DNA of 64,000 nt, from positions 12,028,001 through 12,092,000 of the forward strand of contig OZ024742.1 in NCBI GenBank assembly GCA_964016885.1, given 5' to 3'. Position numbers and translations under genes: made by a program. Position 1 is the first letter of the stretch. The number at the start of each line of letters is the position of its first letter. Source of the DNA: Eledone cirrhosa. Its lineage: Eukaryota. This document shows positions 15,301-30,400 of this stretch, piece after piece. The notes under the pieces are model-generated. The model had not been told where the DNA came from and made no database searches. It saw only the letters and a program-made list of their open reading frames with translations.

Positions 15301-16417
15301 GATGTGATAGATATAGAGATATGTTGACAGTTGAGATGTGATAGATATAGAGATATGTTGACAGTTGAGATGTGATAAAGATAGAGATATGTTGACAGTT
15401 GAGATGTGATAGAGATAGAGATATGTTGACAGTTGAGATATGATAGCGATGGAGATATGTTGACAGTTGAGATGTGATATAGATATGTTGACAGTTGAGA
15501 TGTGATAGAGTTAGAAATATGTTGACAGTTGAGATGTGATAGATATAGAGATATGTTGACAGTTGAGATATGATAGAGATAGAGATATGTTGACAGTTGA
15601 GATGTGATAGAGATGGAGATATGTTAACAGTTGATAAGTGATAGATATAGAGATATGTTGACAGTTGACATGTGATCGAGATAGAGATATGTTGACAGTT
15701 GATAAGTGATAGAGATGGAGATATGTTGACAGTTGAAATGTGATAGAGATAGAGATATGTTGACAGTTGAGATGTGATAGAGATAGAGATATGTTGACAG
15801 TTGATATCTGATAGATATAGAGATATATTGACAGTTGAGATGTGATATATATAGAGATATGTTGACAGTTGAGATATGATAGAGATGGAGATATGTTGAC
15901 AGTTGAGATGTGATAGAGATGGAGATATGTTGACAGTTAGATGTGATAGATATAGAGATATGTTGACAGTTGAGATGTGATAGAGATAGAGATATGTTGA
16001 CAGTTGAGATGTGATAGAGATAGAGATATGTTGACAGTTGAGATGTGATAGAGATAGAGATATGTTGACAGTTGATATCTGATAGATATAGAGATATATT
16101 GACAGTTGAGATGTGATAGATATAGAGATATGTTGACAGTTGAGATATGATAGAGATGGAGATATGTTGACAGTTGAGATGTGATAGAGATGGAGATATG
16201 TTGACAGTTGATAAGTGATAGATATAGAGATATGTTGACAGTTGAGATGTGATAGGGATAGAGATATGTTGACAGTTAGATGTGATAGAGATAGAGATAT
16301 GTTGAGAGTTGAGATGTGATAAAGACAGAGATATGTTGACAGTTGAGATGTGATAGAGATAGAGATATGTTGACAGTTGAGATGTGATAGAGATAGAGAT
16401 ATGTTGACAGTTGAGAT
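367..16417. repeat. Higher-order repeat copy A (about 16 kb) of the 34-bp satellite
   Basis: Identical ORF translations recur at +27,038 (615/27653, 2968/30006, 8304/35342) and +15,990 (615/16605). The rare GTGCAC variant is at 10197. Boundaries are approximate. Confidence 0.9.
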
Positions 16418-19400
16418 ATGATAGCGATGGAGATATGTTGACAGTTGAGATGTGATATAGATATAGAGATAGGTTGACAGTTGAGATCTGATAGAGATAG
16501 AGATATGTTGACAGTTGAGATATGATAGAGATGGAGATATGTTGACAGTTGACATGTGATAGAGATATGTTGACAGTTGAGATGTGATAGAGATAGAGAT
16601 ATGTTTACAGTTGAGATGTGATATAGATATGTTGACAGTTGAGATGTGATAGAGATAGAGATATGTTAACAGTTGAGATGTGATAGAGATAGAGATATGT
16701 TGACAGTTGAGATGTGATAGAGAAAGAGATATGTTGACAGTTGAGATGTGATAGATATAGAGATATGTTGACAGTTGAGATGTGATAGATATAGAGATAT
16801 GTTGACAGTTGAGATGTGATAGATATAGAGATAGGTTGACAGTTGAGATGTGATAGAGATAGAGATATGTTGGCAGTTGAGATATGATAGAGATGGAGAT
16901 ATGTTGACAGTTGACATGTGATAGAGATATGTTGACAGTTGAGATGTGATAGAGATAGAGATATGTTTACAGTTGAGATGTGATAGAGATGGAGATATGT
17001 TGACAGTTGAGATGTGATAGAGATATGTTGACAGTTGAGATGTGATAGAGATAGAGATATGTTGACAGTTGATATGTGATAGATATAGAGATATGTTGAC
17101 AGTTGATATGTGATAGATATAGAGATATGTTGACAGTTAGATGTGATAGAGATAGAGATATGTTGACAGTTGAGATGTGATAAAGATAGAGATATGTTGA
17201 CAGTTGAGATGTGATAGATATAGAGATATGTTGACAGTTGCGATGTGATAGATATAGAGATATGTTGACAGGTGAGATGTGATAGAGATAGAGATATGTT
17301 GACAGTTGATAGGTGATAGATATAGCGATATGTTGACAGTTGAGATGTGATAGAAATAGAGAGATGTTGACAGTTGATAAGTGATAGATATAGCGATATG
17401 TTGACAGTTGAGATATGATAGAGATAGAGATGTGTTGACAGTTGAGATGTGATAGAGATAGAGATATGTTGACAGTTGAGATGTGATAGAGATAGAGATA
17501 TGTTGACAGTTGAGATGTGATAGAGATAGAGATTTGTTGACAGTTGAGATGTGATAGAGATATGTTGACAGGTGAGATGTGATAGAGATAGAGATATGTT
17601 GACAGTTGATAGGTGATAGATATAGCGATATGTTGACAGTTGCGATGTGACAGATATAGAGATATGTTGACAGTTGAGATGTGATAGGGATAGAGATATG
17701 TTGACAGTTGAGATGTGATGGAGATAGAGATATGTGGACAGTTGATATCTGATAGATATAGAGATATATTGACAGTTGAGATGTGATAGATATAGAGATA
17801 TGTTGACAGTTGAGATGTGATAGGGATAGAGATATGTTGACAGTTGAGATGTGATAGAGATAGAGATATGTTGACAGTTGAGATGTGATAGAGATAGAGA
17901 TATGTTGACAGTTGATATGTGATAGATATAGAGATATGTTGAGAGTTGAGATGTGATAGAGATAGAGATATGTTGACAGTTGAGATGTGATAGAGATATG
18001 TTGACAGTTGAGATGTGATATATATAGAGATATCTTGACAGTTGAGATGTGATAGATATAGAGATATGTTGACAGTTGAGATGTGAGAGATATAGAGATA
18101 TGTTGACAGTTGACATGTGATAGAGATATGTAGACAGTTGAGATGTGATAGAGATAGAGATATCTTGACAGTTGAGATGTGATAGAGATAGAGATATCTT
18201 GACAGTTGAGATGTGATAGAGATATGTTGACAGTTGAGATGTGATAGGGATAGAGATATGTTGACAGTTGAGATGTGATAGATATAGAGATAGGTTGACA
18301 GTTGAGATCTGATAGAGATAGAGATATGTTGACAGTTGAGATATGATAGAGATGGAGATATGTTGACAGTTGACATGTGATAGAGATATGTTGACAGTTG
18401 AGATGTGATAGAGATAGAGATATGTTTACAGTTGAGATGTGATATAGATATGTTGACAGTTGAGATGTGATAGAGATAGAGATATGTTAACATTTGAGAT
18501 GTGATAGAGATAGAGATATGTTGACAGTTGAGATGTGATAGAGAAAGAGATATGTTGACAGTTGAGATGTGATAGATATAGAGATATGTTGACAGTTGAG
18601 ATGTGATAGATATAGAGATATGTTGACAGTTGAGATGTGATAGATATAGAGATAGGTTGACAGTTGAGATGTGATAGAGATAGAGATATGTTGACAGTTG
18701 AGATATGATAGAGATGGAGATATGTTGACAGTTGACATGTGATAGAGATATGTTGACAGTTGAGATGTGATAGAGATAGAGATATGTTTACAGTTGAGAT
18801 GTGATAGAGATGGAGATATGTTGACAGTTGAGATGTGATAGAGATATGTTGACAGTTGAGATGTGATAGAGATAGAGATATGTTGACAGTTGATATGTGA
18901 TAGATATAGAGATATGTTGACAGTTGATATGTGATAGATATAGAGATATGTTGACAGTTAGATGTGATAGAGATAGAGATATGTTGACAGTTGAGATGTG
19001 ATAAAGATAGAGATATGTTGACAGTTGAGATGTGATAGATATAGAGATATGTTGACAGTTGCGATGTGATAGATATAGAGATATGTTGACAGGTGAGATG
19101 TGATAGAGATAGAGATATGTTGACAGTTGATAGGTGATAGATATAGCGATATGTTGACAGTTGAGATGTGATAGAAATAGAGAGATGTTGACAGTTGATA
19201 AGTGATAGATATAGCGATATGTTGACAGTTGAGATATGATAGAGATAGAGATGTGTTGACAGTTGAGATGTGATAGAGATAGAGATATGTTGACAGTTGA
19301 GATGTGATAGAGATAGAGATATGTTGACAGTTGAGATGTGATAGAGATAGAGATTTGTTGACAGTTGAGATGTGATAGAGATATGTTGACAGGTGAGATG

Positions 19401-22400
19401 TGATCGAGATAGAGATATGTTGACAGTTGATAAGTGATAGAGATGGAGATATGTTGACAGTTTAAATGTGATAGAGATAGAGATATGTTGACAGTTGAGA
19501 TGTGATAGAGATAGATATATGTGGACAGTTGATATGTGATAGATATAGAGATATGTTGACAGTTAGATGTGATAGAGATAGAGATATGTTGACAGTTGAG
19601 ATGTGATAGAGATAGAGATATGTTGACAGTTGAGATGTGATAGAGATAGAGATATGTTGACAGCTGATATCTGATAGATATAGAGATATATTGACAGTTG
19701 AGATGTGATAGATATAGAGATATATTGACAGTTGAGATATGATAGAGATGGAGATATGTTGACAGTTGATAAGTGATAGATATAGAGATATGTTGACAGT
19801 TGAGATGTGATAGGGATAGAGATATGTTGACAGTTGAGATGTGATAGAGATATGTTGACAGTTGAGATGTCATAGAGATAGAGATATGTTGACAGTTGAT
19901 ATGTGATAGATATAGAGATATGTTGACAGTTAGATGTGATAGATATAGAGATATGTTGAGAGTTGAGATGTGATAAAGACAGAGATATGTTGACAGTTGA
20001 GATGTGATAGAGATAGAGATATGTTGACAGTTGAGATGTGATAGAGATAGAGATATGTTGACAGTTGAGATGTGATAGAGATATGTTGACAGTTGAGTTG
20101 TGATATATATAGAGATATGTTGACAGTTGAGATGTGATAGATATAGAGATATGTTGACAGTTGAGATGTGAGAGATATAGAGATATGTTGACAGTTGAGA
20201 TGTGATAGAGATATGTAGACAGTTGAGATGTGATAGAGATAGAGATATCTTGACAGTTGAGATGTGATAGAGATAGAGATATCTTGACAGTTGAGATGTG
20301 ATAGAGATAGAGATATCTTGACAGTTGAGATGTGATAGAGATATGTTGACAGTTGAGATGTGATAGGGATAGAGATGTGTTGACAGTTGATATGTGATAG
20401 AGATAGAGATATGTTGACAGTTGAGATGTGATAGAGATATGTTGACAGTTGAGATGTGATAGAGATAGAGATATGTTGACAGTTGAGATGTGATAGAGAT
20501 AGAGATATGTTGACAGTTGAGATGTGATAGATATAGAGATATGTTGACAGTTGAGATATGATAGCGATGGAGATATGTTGACAGTTGAGATGTGATAGAG
20601 ATATGTTGACAGTTGAGATGTGATAGAGTTAGAAATATGTTGACAGTTGAGATGTGATAGATATAGAGATATGTTGACAGTTGAGATGTGATAAAGATAG
20701 AGATATGTTGACAGTTGAGATGTGATAGAGATAGAGATATGTTGACAGTTGAGATATGATAGCGATGGAGATATGTTGACAGTTGAGATGTGATATAGAT
20801 ATGTTGACAGTTGAGATGTGATAGAGTTAGAAATATGTTGACAGTTGAGATGTGATAGATATAGAGATATGTTGACAGTTGAGATATGATAGAGATAGAG
20901 ATATGTTGACAGTTGAGATGTGATAGAGATGGAGGTATGTTAACAGTTGATAAGTGATAGATATAGAGATATGTTGACAGTTGAGATGTGATCGAGATAG
21001 AGATATGTTGACAGTTGATAAGTGATAAAGATGGAGATATGTTGACAGTTGAGATGTGATAGAGATGGAGATATGTTAACAGTTGATAAGTGATAGATAT
21101 AGAGATATGTTGACAGTTGACATGTGATCGAGATAGAGATATGTTGACAGTTGATAAGTGATAGAGATGGAGATATGTTGACAGTTGAAATGTGATAGAG
21201 ATAGAGATATGTTGACAGTTGAGATGTGATAGAGATAGATATATGTGCACAGTTGATATGTGATAGATATAGAGATATGTTGACAGTTGAGATATGATAG
21301 AGATGGAGATATGTTGACAGTTGAGATGTGATAGAGATGGAGATATGTTGACAGTTGATAAGTGATAGATATAGAGATATGTTGACAGTTGAGATGTGAT
21401 AGGGATAGAGATATGTTGACAGTTAGATGTGATAGAGATAGAGATATATTGAGAGTTGAGATGTGATAAAGACAGAGATATGTTGACAGTTGAGATGTGA
21501 TAGAGATAGAGATATGTTGACAGTTGAGATGTGATAGAGATAGAGATATGTTGACAGTTGAGATGTGATAGAGATATGTTGACAGTTGAGATGTGATATA
21601 TATAGAGATATGTTGACAGTTGAGATGTGATAGATATAGAGATATGTTGACAGTTGAGATGTGAGAGATATAGAGATATGTTGACCGTTGAGATGTGATA
21701 GAGATATGTAGACAGTTGAGATGTGATAGAGATAGAGATATTTTGACAGTTGAGATGTGATAGAGATAGAGATATCTTGACAGTTGAGATGTGATAGAGA
21801 TATGTTGACAGTTGAGATGTGATAGGGATAGAGATGTGTTGACAGTTGAGATGTGATAGAGATAGAGATATGTTGACAGTTGAGATGTGATAGAGATATG
21901 TTGACAGTTGAGATGTGATAGAGATAGAGATATGTTGACAGTTGAGATGTGATAGAGATAGAGATATGTTGACAGTTGAGATGTGATAGAGAAAGAGATA
22001 TGTTGACAGTTGAGATGTGATAGATATAGAGATATGTTGACAGTTGAGATGTGATAGATATAGAGATATGTTGACAGTTGAGATATGATAGCGATGGAGA
22101 TATGTTGACAGTTGAGATGTGATAGAGATATGTTGACAGTTGAGATGTGATAGAGTTAGAAATATGTTGACAGTTGAGATGTGATAGATATAGAGATATG
22201 TTGACAGTTGAGATGTGATAAAGATAGAGATATGTTGACAGTTGAGATGTGATAGAGATAGAGATATGTTGACAGTTGAGATATGATAGCGATGGAGATA
22301 TGTTGTCAGTTGAGATGTGATAGAGATATGTTGACAGTTGAGATGTGATAGAGTTAGAAATATGTTGACAGTTGAGATGTGATAGATATAGAGATATGTT

Positions 22401-25400
22401 GACAGTTGAGATATGATAGCGATGGAGATATGTTGACAGTTGAGATGTGATAGAGCAAGAGATATGTTGACAGTTGAGATGTGATAGATATAGAGATATG
22501 TTGACAGTTGAGATATGATAGCGATGGAGATATGTTGACAGTTGAGATGTGATAGAGATATGTTGACAGTTGAGATGTGATAGAGTTAGAAATATGTTGA
22601 CAGTTGAGAATTGATAGATATAAAGATATGTTGACAGTTGAGATGTGATAAAGATAGAGATATGTTGACAGTTGAGATGTGATAGAGATATGTTGACAGT
22701 TGAGATGTGATAGATATAGAGATATGTTGACAGTTGAGATGTGATAGATATAGAGATATGTTGACAGTTGAGATGTGATAGATATAGAGATATGTTGACA
22801 GCTGAGATGTGATAGAGATAGAGATATGTTGACAGTTGTGATGTGATAGATATAGAGATATTTTGACAGTTGAGATGTGATAGATATAGAGATATGTTGA
22901 CAGTTGAGATCTGATAGATATATAGAGATATGTTGACAGTTGAGATGTGATAGAGTTAGAAATATGTTGACAGTTGAGATGTGATAGATATAGAGATATG
23001 TTGACAGTTGTGATGTGATAGAGAAAGAGATATTTTGACAGTTGAGATGTGATAGAGAAAGAGATATGTTGACAGTTGAAATGTGATAGAGAAAGAGATA
23101 TGTTGACAGTTGAGATGTGTTGACAGTTGAGAGGTGATAGAGAAAGAGATATTTTGACAGTTGATAGGTGATATATATAGCGATATGTTGACAGTTGAGA
23201 TGTGATAGAGATAGAGATATGTTGACAGTTGATAAGTGATAGATATAGAGATATGTTGACAGTTGAGATATGATAGATATAGAGATATGTTGACAGTTGT
23301 GATGTGATAGAGAAAGAGATATTTTGACAGCTGAGATGTGATAGAGAAAGAGATATGTTGACAGTTGAAATGTGATAGAGAAAGAGATATGTTGACAGTT
23401 GAGATGTGATAGGGATAGAGATGTGTTGACAGTTGAGAGGTGATAGATATAAAGATATGTTGACAGTTGAGATGTGATAGAGATAGAGATATGTTGACAG
23501 TTGATAAGTGATAGATATAGAGATATGTTGACAGTTGAGATGTGATAGAGATAGAGATATGTTGACAGTTGAGATGTGATAGATATAGAGATATGTTGAC
23601 AGTTGAGATGTGATAGATATAGAGATATGTTGACAGTTGAGATGTGATAGATATAGAGATATGTTGACAGTTGATAAGTGATAGATATAGAGATATGTTG
23701 ACAGTTGAGATGTGATAGAGATAGAGATATGTTGACAGTTGAGATGTGATAGATATAGAGATATGTTGACAGTTGAGATGTGATAGATATAGAGATATGT
23801 TGACAGTTGAGATGTGATAAAGATAGAGATATGTTGACAGTTGAGATGTGATAGAGATAGAGATATGTTGACAGTTGAGATATGATAGCGATGGAGATAT
23901 GTTGACAGTTGAGATGTGATATAGATATGTTGACAGTTGAGATGTGATAGAGTTAGAAATATGTTGACAGTTGAGATGTGATAGATATAGAGATATGTTG
24001 ACAGTTGAGATATGATAGAGATAGAGATATGTTGACAGTTGAGATGTGATAGAGATGGAGATATGTTAACAGTTGATAAGTGATAGATATAGAGATATGT
24101 TGACAGTTGACATGTGATCGAGATAGAGATATGTTGACAGTTGATAAGTGATAGAGATGGAGATATGTTGACAGTTGAAATGTGATAGAGATAGAGATAT
24201 GTTGACAGTTGAGATGTGATAGAGATAGAGATATGTTGACAGTTGATATCTGATAGATATAGAGATATATTGACAGTTGAGATGTGATATATATAGAGAT
24301 ATGTTGACAGTTGAGATATGATAGAGATGGAGATATGTTGACAGTTGAGATGTGATAGAGATGGAGATATGTTGACAGTTAGATGTGATAGATATAGAGA
24401 TATGTTGACAGTTGAGATGTGATAGAGATAGAGATATGTTGACAGTTGAGATGTGATAGAGATAGAGATATGTTGACAGTTGATATCTGATAGATATAGA
24501 GATATATTGACAGTTGAGATGTGATAGATATAGAGATATGTTGACAGTTGAGATATGATAGAGATGGAGATATGTTGACAGTTGAGATGTGATAGAGATG
24601 GAGATATGTTGACAGTTGATAAGTGATAGATATAGAGATATGTTGACAGTTGAGATGTGATAGGGATAGAGATATGTTGACAGTTAGATGTGATAGAGAT
24701 AGAGATATGTTGAGAGTTGAGATGTGATAAAGACAGAGATATGTTGACAGTTGAGATGTGATAGAGATAGAGATATGTTGACAGTTGAGATGTGATAGAG
24801 ATAGAGATATGTTGACAGTTGAGATGTGATAGAGATATGTTGACAGTTGAGATGTGATATATATAGAGATATGTTGACAGTTGAGATGTGATAGATATAG
24901 AGATATGTTGACAGTTGAGATGTGAGAGATATAGAGATATGTTGACCGTTGAGATGTGATAGAGATATGTAGACAGTTGAGATGTGATAGAGATAGAGAT
25001 ATCTTGACAGTTGAGATGTGATAGAGATAGAGATATCTTGACAGTTGAGATGTGATAGAGATATGTTGACAGTTGAGATGTGATAGGGATAGAGATGTGT
25101 TGACAGTTGAGATGTGATAGAGATAGAGATATGTTGACAGTTGAGATGTGATAGAGATATGTTGACAGTTGAGATGTGATAGAGATAGAGATATGTTGAC
25201 AGTTGAGATGTGATAGAGATAGAGATATGTTGACAGTTGAGATGTGATAGAGAAAGAGATATGTTGACAGTTGAGATGTGATAGATATAGAGATATGTTG
25301 ACAGTTGAGATGTGATAGATATAGAGATATGTTGACAGTTGAGATATGATAGCGATGGAGATATGTTGACAGTTGAGATGTGATAGAGATAGAGATATGT

Positions 25401-27465
25401 TGACAGTTGAGATATGATAGCGATGGAGATATGTTGTCAGTTGAGATGTGATAGAGATATGTTGACAGTTGAGATGTGATAGAGTTAGAAATATGTTGAC
25501 AGTTGAGATGTGATAGATATAGAGATATGTTGACAGTTGAGATATGATAACGATGGAGATATGTTGACAGTTGAGATGTGATAGAGATATGTTGACAGTT
25601 GAGATGTGATAGAGTTAGAAATATGTTGACAGTTGAGAATTGATAGATATAAAGATATGTTGACAGTTGAGATGTGATAGAGATAGAGATATGTTGACAG
25701 TTGAGATGTGATAGAGATATGTTGACAGTTGAGATGTGATATATATAGAGATATGTTGACAGTTGAGATGTGATAGATATAGAGATATGTTGACAGTTGA
25801 GATGTGAGAGATATAGAGATATGTTGACCGTTGAGATGTGATAGAGATATGTAGACAGTTGAGATGTGATAGAGATAGAGATATCTTGACAGTTGAGATG
25901 TGATAGAGATAGAGATATCTTGACAGTTGAGATGTGATAGAGATATGTTGACAGTTGAGATGTGATAGGGATAGAGATGTGTTGACAGTTGAGATGTGAT
26001 AGAGATAGAGATATGTTGACAGTTGAGATGTGATAGAGATATGTTGACAGTTGAGATGTGATAGAGATATGTTGACAGTTGAGATGTGATAGAGATAGAG
26101 ATATGTTGACAGTTGAGATGTGATAGAGATAGAGATATGTTGACAGTTGAGATGTGATAGAGAAAGAGATATGTTGACAGTTGAGATGTGATAGATATAG
26201 AGATATGTTGACAGTTGAGATGTGATAGATATAGAGATATGTTGACAGTTGAGATATGATAGCGATGGAGATATGTTGACAGTTGAGATGTGATAGAGAT
26301 ATGTTGACAGTTGAGATGTGATAGAGTTAGAAATATGTTGACAGTTGAGATGTGATAGATATAGAGATATGTTGACAGTTGAGATGTGATAGATATAGAG
26401 ATATGTTGACAGTTGAGATGTGATAAAGATAGAGATATGTTGACAGTTGAGATGTGATAGAGATAGAGATATGTTGACAGTTGAGATATGATAGCGATGG
26501 AGATATGTTGACAGTTGAGATGTGATATAGATATGTTGACAGTTGAGATGTGATAGAGTTAGAAATATGTTGACAGTTGAGATGTGATAGATATAGAGAT
26601 ATGTTGACAGTTGAGATATGATAGAGATAGAGATATGTTGACAGTTGAGATGTGATAGAGATGGAGATATGTTAACAGTTGATAAGTGATAGATATAGAG
26701 ATATGTTGACAGTTGACATGTGATCGAGATAGAGATATGTTGACAGTTGATAAGTGATAGAGATGGAGATATGTTGACAGTTGAAATGTGATAGAGATAG
26801 AGATATGTTGACAGTTGAGATGTGATAGAGATAGAGATATGTTGACAGTTGATATCTGATAGATATAGAGATATATTGACAGTTGAGATGTGATATATAT
26901 AGAGATATGTTGACAGTTGAGATATGATAGAGATGGAGATATGTTGACAGTTGAGATGTGATAGAGATGGAGATATGTTGACAGTTAGATGTGATAGATA
27001 TAGAGATATGTTGACAGTTGAGATGTGATAGAGATAGAGATATGTTGACAGTTGAGATGTGATAGAGATAGAGATATGTTGACAGTTGAGATGTGATAGA
27101 GATAGAGATATGTTGACAGTTGATATCTGATAGATATAGAGATATATTGACAGTTGAGATGTGATAGATATAGAGATATGTTGACAGTTGAGATATGATA
27201 GAGATGGAGATATGTTGACAGTTGAGATGTGATAGAGATGGAGATATGTTGACAGTTGATAAGTGATAGATATAGAGATATGTTGACAGTTGAGATGTGA
27301 TAGGGATAGAGATATGTTGACAGTTAGATGTGATAGAGATAGAGATATGTTGAGAGTTGAGATGTGATAAAGACAGAGATATGTTGACAGTTGAGATGTG
27401 ATAGAGATAGAGATATGTTGACAGTTGAGATGTGATAGAGATAGAGATATGTTGACAGTTGAGAT
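16357..27465. repeat. Higher-order repeat copy B (11,048 bp), equal to copy A minus an internal 4,942-bp segment
   Basis: Matches copy A at +15,990 up to about 19394 and at +11,048 afterwards (GTGCAC 10197 to 21245; ORF 14567 to 25615). Confidence 0.9.
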
Positions 27466-30400
27466 ATGATAGCGATGGAGATATGTTGACAGTTGAGATG
27501 TGATATAGATATAGAGATAGGTTGACAGTTGAGATCTGATAGAGATAGAGATATGTTGACAGTTGAGATATGATAGAGATGGAGATATGTTGACAGTTGA
27601 CATGTGATAGAGATATGTTGACAGTTGAGATGTGATAGAGATAGAGATATGTTTACAGTTGAGATGTGATATAGATATGTTGACAGTTGAGATGTGATAG
27701 AGATAGAGATATGTTAACAGTTGAGATGTGATAGAGATAGAGATATGTTGACAGTTGAGATGTGATAGAGAAAGAGATATGTTGACAGTTGAGATGTGAT
27801 AGATATAGAGATATGTTGACAGTTGAGATGTGATAGATATAGAGATATGTTGACAGTTGAGATGTGATAGATATAGAGATAGGTTGACAGTTGAGATGTG
27901 ATAGAGATAGAGATATGTTGGCAGTTGAGATATGATAGAGATGGAGATATGTTGACAGTTGACATGTGATAGAGATATGTTGACAGTTGAGATGTGATAG
28001 AGATAGAGATATGTTTACAGTTGAGATGTGATAGAGATGGAGATATGTTGACAGTTGAGATGTGATAGAGATATGTTGACAGTTGAGATGTGATAGAGAT
28101 AGAGATATGTTGACAGTTGATATGTGATAGATATAGAGATATGTTGACAGTTGATATGTGATAGATATAGAGATATGTTGACAGTTAGATGTGATAGAGA
28201 TAGAGATATGTTGACAGTTGAGATGTGATAAAGATAGAGATATGTTGACAGTTGAGATGTGATAGATATAGAGATATGTTGACAGTTGCGATGTGATAGA
28301 TATAGAGATATGTTGACAGGTGAGATGTGATAGAGATAGAGATATGTTGACAGTTGATAGGTGATAGATATAGCGATATGTTGACAGTTGAGATGTGATA
28401 GAAATAGAGAGATGTTGACAGTTGATAAGTGATAGATATAGCGATATGTTGACAGTTGAGATATGATAGAGATAGAGATGTGTTGACAGTTGAGATGTGA
28501 TAGAGATAGAGATATGTTGACAGTTGAGATGTGATAGAGATAGAGATATGTTGACAGTTGAGATGTGATAGAGATAGAGATTTGTTGACAGTTGAGATGT
28601 GATAGAGATATGTTGACAGGTGAGATGTGATAGAGATAGAGATATGTTGACAGTTGATAGGTGATAGATATAGCGATATGTTGACAGTTGCGATGTGACA
28701 GATATAGAGATATGTTGACAGTTGAGATGTGATAGGGATAGAGATATGTTGACAGTTGAGATGTGATGGAGATAGAGATATGTGGACAGTTGATATCTGA
28801 TAGATATAGAGATATATTGACAGTTGAGATGTGATAGATATAGAGATATGTTGACAGTTGAGATGTGATAGGGATAGAGATATGTTGACAGTTGAGATGT
28901 GATAGAGATAGAGATATGTTGACAGTTGAGATGTGATAGAGATAGAGATATGTTGACAGTTGATATGTGATAGATATAGAGATATGTTGAGAGTTGAGAT
29001 GTGATAGAGATAGAGATATGTTGACAGTTGAGATGTGATAGAGATATGTTGACAGTTGAGATGTGATATATATAGAGATATCTTGACAGTTGAGATGTGA
29101 TAGATATAGAGATATGTTGACAGTTGAGATGTGAGAGATATAGAGATATGTTGACAGTTGACATGTGATAGAGATATGTAGACAGTTGAGATGTGATAGA
29201 GATAGAGATATCTTGACAGTTGAGATGTGATAGAGATAGAGATATCTTGACAGTTGAGATGTGATAGAGATATGTTGACAGTTGAGATGTGATAGGGATA
29301 GAGATATGTTGACAGTTGAGATGTGATAGATATAGAGATAGGTTGACAGTTGAGATCTGATAGAGATAGAGATATGTTGACAGTTGAGATATGATAGAGA
29401 TGGAGATATGTTGACAGTTGACATGTGATAGAGATATGTTGACAGTTGAGATGTGATAGAGATAGAGATATGTTTACAGTTGAGATGTGATATAGATATG
29501 TTGACAGTTGAGATGTGATAGAGATAGAGATATGTTAACATTTGAGATGTGATAGAGATAGAGATATGTTGACAGTTGAGATGTGATAGAGAAAGAGATA
29601 TGTTGACAGTTGAGATGTGATAGATATAGAGATATGTTGACAGTTGAGATGTGATAGATATAGAGATATGTTGACAGTTGAGATGTGATAGATATAGAGA
29701 TAGGTTGACAGTTGAGATGTGATAGAGATAGAGATATGTTGACAGTTGAGATATGATAGAGATGGAGATATGTTGACAGTTGACATGTGATAGAGATATG
29801 TTGACAGTTGAGATGTGATAGAGATAGAGATATGTTTACAGTTGAGATGTGATAGAGATGGAGATATGTTGACAGTTGAGATGTGATAGAGATATGTTGA
29901 CAGTTGAGATGTGATAGAGATAGAGATATGTTGACAGTTGATATGTGATAGATATAGAGATATGTTGACAGTTGATATGTGATAGATATAGAGATATGTT
30001 GACAGTTAGATGTGATAGAGATAGAGATATGTTGACAGTTGAGATGTGATAAAGATAGAGATATGTTGACAGTTGAGATGTGATAGATATAGAGATATGT
30101 TGACAGTTGCGATGTGATAGATATAGAGATATGTTGACAGGTGAGATGTGATAGAGATAGAGATATGTTGACAGTTGATAGGTGATAGATATAGCGATAT
30201 GTTGACAGTTGAGATGTGATAGAAATAGAGAGATGTTGACAGTTGATAAGTGATAGATATAGCGATATGTTGACAGTTGAGATATGATAGAGATAGAGAT
30301 GTGTTGACAGTTGAGATGTGATAGAGATAGAGATATGTTGACAGTTGAGATGTGATAGAGATAGAGATATGTTGACAGTTGAGATGTGATAGAGATAGAG

